Assembly: GCA_963744145.1 (NCBI GenBank)
Contig: CAVUSO010000001.1
Coordinates: 2,272,001 to 2,336,000 of the forward strand
From: an uncultured cyanobacterium
Lineage (GTDB): Bacteria; Cyanobacteriota; Cyanobacteriia; Cyanobacteriales; CAWUOF01
Direction of reading: 5' to 3'
Length of the DNA: 64,000 nt
The position numbers and the translations under genes are program-made. How positions within the stretch are numbered: position 1 is the first letter of the stretch; each line of letters opens with the position of its first letter. The notes under the pieces were generated by a model, which saw nothing but the letters and a program-made list of their open reading frames with translations, had not been told where the DNA came from and did not search any database. Below, piece by piece: positions 61,256-64,000 of this stretch.

Positions 61256-64000
61256 TTAAATAATAAGAAGAAAGAATATAATAGTTAAACTAACAAATAG
61301 CAATAAGTGAGGAAGATTGCTAATTAAGGAGCGTTTGGTAATTCGCAACAAGGGATAGATGCTGAAAATCAGAGCAGAGAGGATTGTTACACCCTGAAGG
61401 AAAGCTGCAACATCTGTACTCCAGGTGAGAGTCGGTAAGCTAGTCCGACTCAAGCCCAAGGTTCGCGCTAAAATAGGTAGAATTTGACCCGCTTCAGTGA
61501 CTGCCGCAGGGATGTAGTGTGTCAGGTTTCCTGCTAGGGTAAAAGGCAGATAGGCATAGATAACGGTGAGATAGTTAGGTTGTTTGGGATCAAAAAGACG
61601 GGCGATCGCATGAGTCAGATAGGTCAATAGAAAGGGAATGCTCAGAAAAGCGAGGGCGATCGGTGTACTGGTCAGTAAATGGTCAGCATCAATCGGAATA
61701 TCCTGGTAACCTAACCATCCTAAAATCCGTTGGGCATGATGCAGAAATACCCCACCAAACAGTAGCAATAGGAGCGCAACTTCTGCCCAAAATCCTTGGT
61801 GATTGTCTAGTAGATCTGATGTAGGAAACCGCAGATTGAGCTGAACTGAGCGATGGGGACAAGCTTTGATGCAGGTCATACATAGCACACAGTCCCGGTT
61901 ATCCTGCAATTGAGCTGGGTGGGAGTAGAGGGGACATCCACCCGTTGTCTGTGCTTCATTGGGTAGTGCATCAATAAAGGTAACTGGGGTAGTATCACTG
62001 CCTTTATAACAGCCAAAGGTACTGCATTGGCTACCGCATACCTGTTGGGTCGATCGCAATTCCACCATTGCTAGTTTGGCAAACATCCCATTCATCCCGC
62101 CGATCGGACAGAGATAGCGACACCAGAGCCGTCGTTCATAAATCAGACTAAAAATTACTGCTCCCACCGTAATCGTTAACAGCAACCAGGCAGAGAGAAC
62201 CGCATGGTGTGGCAAATCCCAGAGCTGTTCCCAGAGATAAATTGCCACAAAGCCACCAAACAAAATCCAGGCTCCCCAATGGTTTAGCCATTTAGTATTC
62301 CAGGTAAGTTGTTGACGAGGAAACAACCAGAGGGAGAAACGGCGTATCCATTCGGCTGTAATCATAAAGGGGCAGACTGCACACCAGATCCGACCCACAA
62401 AGACAAAGAAAAATAGATAACCAGGCCACCACCACGCCCAAAAGAGATTGAGGGTTACACTGCTGTCTCTGGTTTGAGGACCGATGAACCCAGCGATCGT
62501 GATCGGTACAAAAATCGCCATCATCACGATCCAGATGCCCTCTGGATACCAGCGACTTAGCAACAATTGTCGCAGCCAAGGTACATGAGTGAGTAAATCC
62601 ACTCGAAAGGCATTTTTGGCAGACTGCACTGACCATAGGACTTGTTCTGAAATCACAGTCTGTCCTGGTGGGGTCATGATCACCGCTCGATGCAGAATTT
62701 CGGCTAGTTCTGTCAGGTTACCAGGATATTCATAACTAATCAAACGGCGTAAATCCGACTGATCTAGGTCGAGCAGGGGGCGATTTTGTTCTTGACAAAA
62801 CTGGGTTAAGAAATAACGGGCAAAAGCTGGAATATCTGCCTTGCGCTGGGGCAAGCTAAACAGTTTGATCGTAATTGGATCTACATCTGGTAGCTCTAAT
62901 TTGTGAGGAGAAGCTAGGATTAAGCGGACCCAAGACTGGACAGGTTGGGGCGGTTCGGTGGTCAGGATGTTGAGTCCGCTCAGTCCATGATTAGGTAGGA
63001 TATTATTGGTTTGGTAGTAATGGATGAGGCGATCGCGATCGCCCCCACTCAATACCTGGACATTACTCAGCAGAAGCGTTCCCCTCTCCAACAGTTCAAT
63101 GATGCCCGGTTGTCCACCGATTCGACCAAATAAAAAGTCGGTATTGAGCCTACCATCTTCTGAGCGAGGCAACTTGGCACAATCTAACTCAGCAAAGGGG
63201 TGGTCAGCGAGCCCAGAATGGGCGTGGATTAGCCCAGCGAGAAAGGTTTTTCCAGTTCCCGGTTGTGCTTGAAATAAGACAGGTTTCAGAGTGGCTGCGG
63301 CTTGATCAATTTGTTCTACCAGTTTTTGACTGGCTTTGCTATTACCAATAATCGTTTTTTCGGTGGGAATGGCTTTAATGTAGGGCTGTAAACCTTGAAT
63401 ACGACGTTGTTCGTGAGCAACGCGATGAATGAAAGCGTTTAAGTCTTGTGCTAACAAAGTGTTGAACAGATGTTCGATTTCAACATACTGCTCGATCAAC
63501 TGACGAAACTGAGCCTGGGGCAAAAACCAGATTTCGCTAGCAGTTAGGGCGATCGCCTGAGTCTGGTGCCGACCGTTTTCCAGGTTTACCATCAGGGAGA
63601 CATGACCAAATAGCTCTCCAGCACTACAATAGCGAATCAGAGATTTGCCAATCGGAGAAAGCCGCTGAATCTCGACTGTGCCCGACTTTAATAGATATAG
63701 CCCAATATTTTTTTGTCCTTCTTGGTAGATCAGTGTTTGGGGTTCTAGGTGAAAGTAATTAAATGACTGGGCGATCGCTGTTAAGATTTGCCCTGGAAGT
63801 TGTCCCCAAAGCCGATGAGAACTGAGCCAATTGTTACATTCAAGAACTGAATGCTCGTTCAAAGCCACTATAGTGGTTAGAGCGTTTCCTAGAGGCAATG
63901 ATTGCTCTGGATTTACTAAAACTGACTCAGACTGAAGACTCTTAGTCAAGATCACTCCCAAATTAATATTGTCGTTTATGGCTAATAGACAAGAAAGCAA
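61256..64000 (-). CDS. cNMP-binding + degenerate sigma54-type AAA + membrane 4Fe-4S (Fer4_5/NosR-like) protein; start uncertain, frame open to the window edge
   Basis: cNMP GELFG; PGTGKT, YEYPGN; GRIWCAVCP, WCRYLCP, CVLCMTCIKACP; many TM helices. Confidence 0.85.
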   Translation of the reverse strand: MLSCLLAINDNINLGVILTKSLQSESVLVNPEQSLPLGNALTTIVALNEHSVLECNNWLSSHRLWGQLPGQILTAIAQSFNYFHLEPQTLIYQEGQKNIGLYLLKSGTVEIQRLSPIGKSLIRYCSAGELFGHVSLMVNLENGRHQTQAIALTASEIWFLPQAQFRQLIEQYVEIEHLFNTLLAQDLNAFIHRVAHEQRRIQGLQPYIKAIPTEKTIIGNSKASQKLVEQIDQAAATLKPVLFQAQPGTGKTFLAGLIHAHSGLADHPFAELDCAKLPRSEDGRLNTDFLFGRIGGQPGIIELLERGTLLLSNVQVLSGGDRDRLIHYYQTNNILPNHGLSGLNILTTEPPQPVQSWVRLILASPHKLELPDVDPITIKLFSLPQRKADIPAFARYFLTQFCQEQNRPLLDLDQSDLRRLISYEYPGNLTELAEILHRAVIMTPPGQTVISEQVLWSVQSAKNAFRVDLLTHVPWLRQLLLSRWYPEGIWIVMMAIFVPITIAGFIGPQTRDSSVTLNLFWAWWWPGYLFFFVFVGRIWCAVCPFMITAEWIRRFSLWLFPRQQLTWNTKWLNHWGAWILFGGFVAIYLWEQLWDLPHHAVLSAWLLLTITVGAVIFSLIYERRLWCRYLCPIGGMNGMFAKLAMVELRSTQQVCGSQCSTFGCYKGSDTTPVTFIDALPNEAQTTGGCPLYSHPAQLQDNRDCVLCMTCIKACPHRSVQLNLRFPTSDLLDNHQGFWAEVALLLLLFGGVFLHHAQRILGWLGYQDIPIDADHLLTSTPIALAFLSIPFLLTYLTHAIARLFDPKQPNYLTVIYAYLPFTLAGNLTHYIPAAVTEAGQILPILARTLGLSRTSLPTLTWSTDVAAFLQGVTILSALIFSIYPLLRITKRSLISNLPHLLLFVSLTIIFFLLII

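Noticed and set aside
47205..63272. Numerous 60-115 aa ORFs nested in or antisense to long genes
   Set aside because: Shadow ORFs of well-supported CDSs.

Overview
AT-rich cyanobacterial DNA; the HIP1 octamer GCGATCGC and GTAG-type REP-like hairpins are frequent. About 1-21.8 kb and 58.5-64 kb hold housekeeping and accessory genes: pyrF-pyrE fusion, carotenoid oxygenase, cruE/cruH-like genes, an ABC exporter, a WD40 protein, YeiH/LysR and a cNMP-AAA-FeS protein. A ggt pseudogene there is interrupted by an ORF-less omegaRNA/HEARO-type element. About 21.8-58.4 kb is a defence-type island. It contains: (1) a dynamin-like GTPase/YjcZ-like/patatin operon; (2) a TIGR04255 pair; (3) a disrupted sacsin-GHKL/SF1 helicase gene; (4) AbiE-like and PIN toxin-antitoxin pairs; (5) a tandem ATPase + ATPase-wHTH-TPR pair; (6) an apparently intact six-gene vWA-kinase-helicase-HEPN-McrB-McrC operon resembling a type III CoCoNuT with a TerY-P module that lacks its phosphatase. 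The island is punctuated by three copies of a ~227-bp dyad-containing block that all end at TTAGTC and are followed by different cargo. All family calls come from motif recognition by eye, with no database searches.
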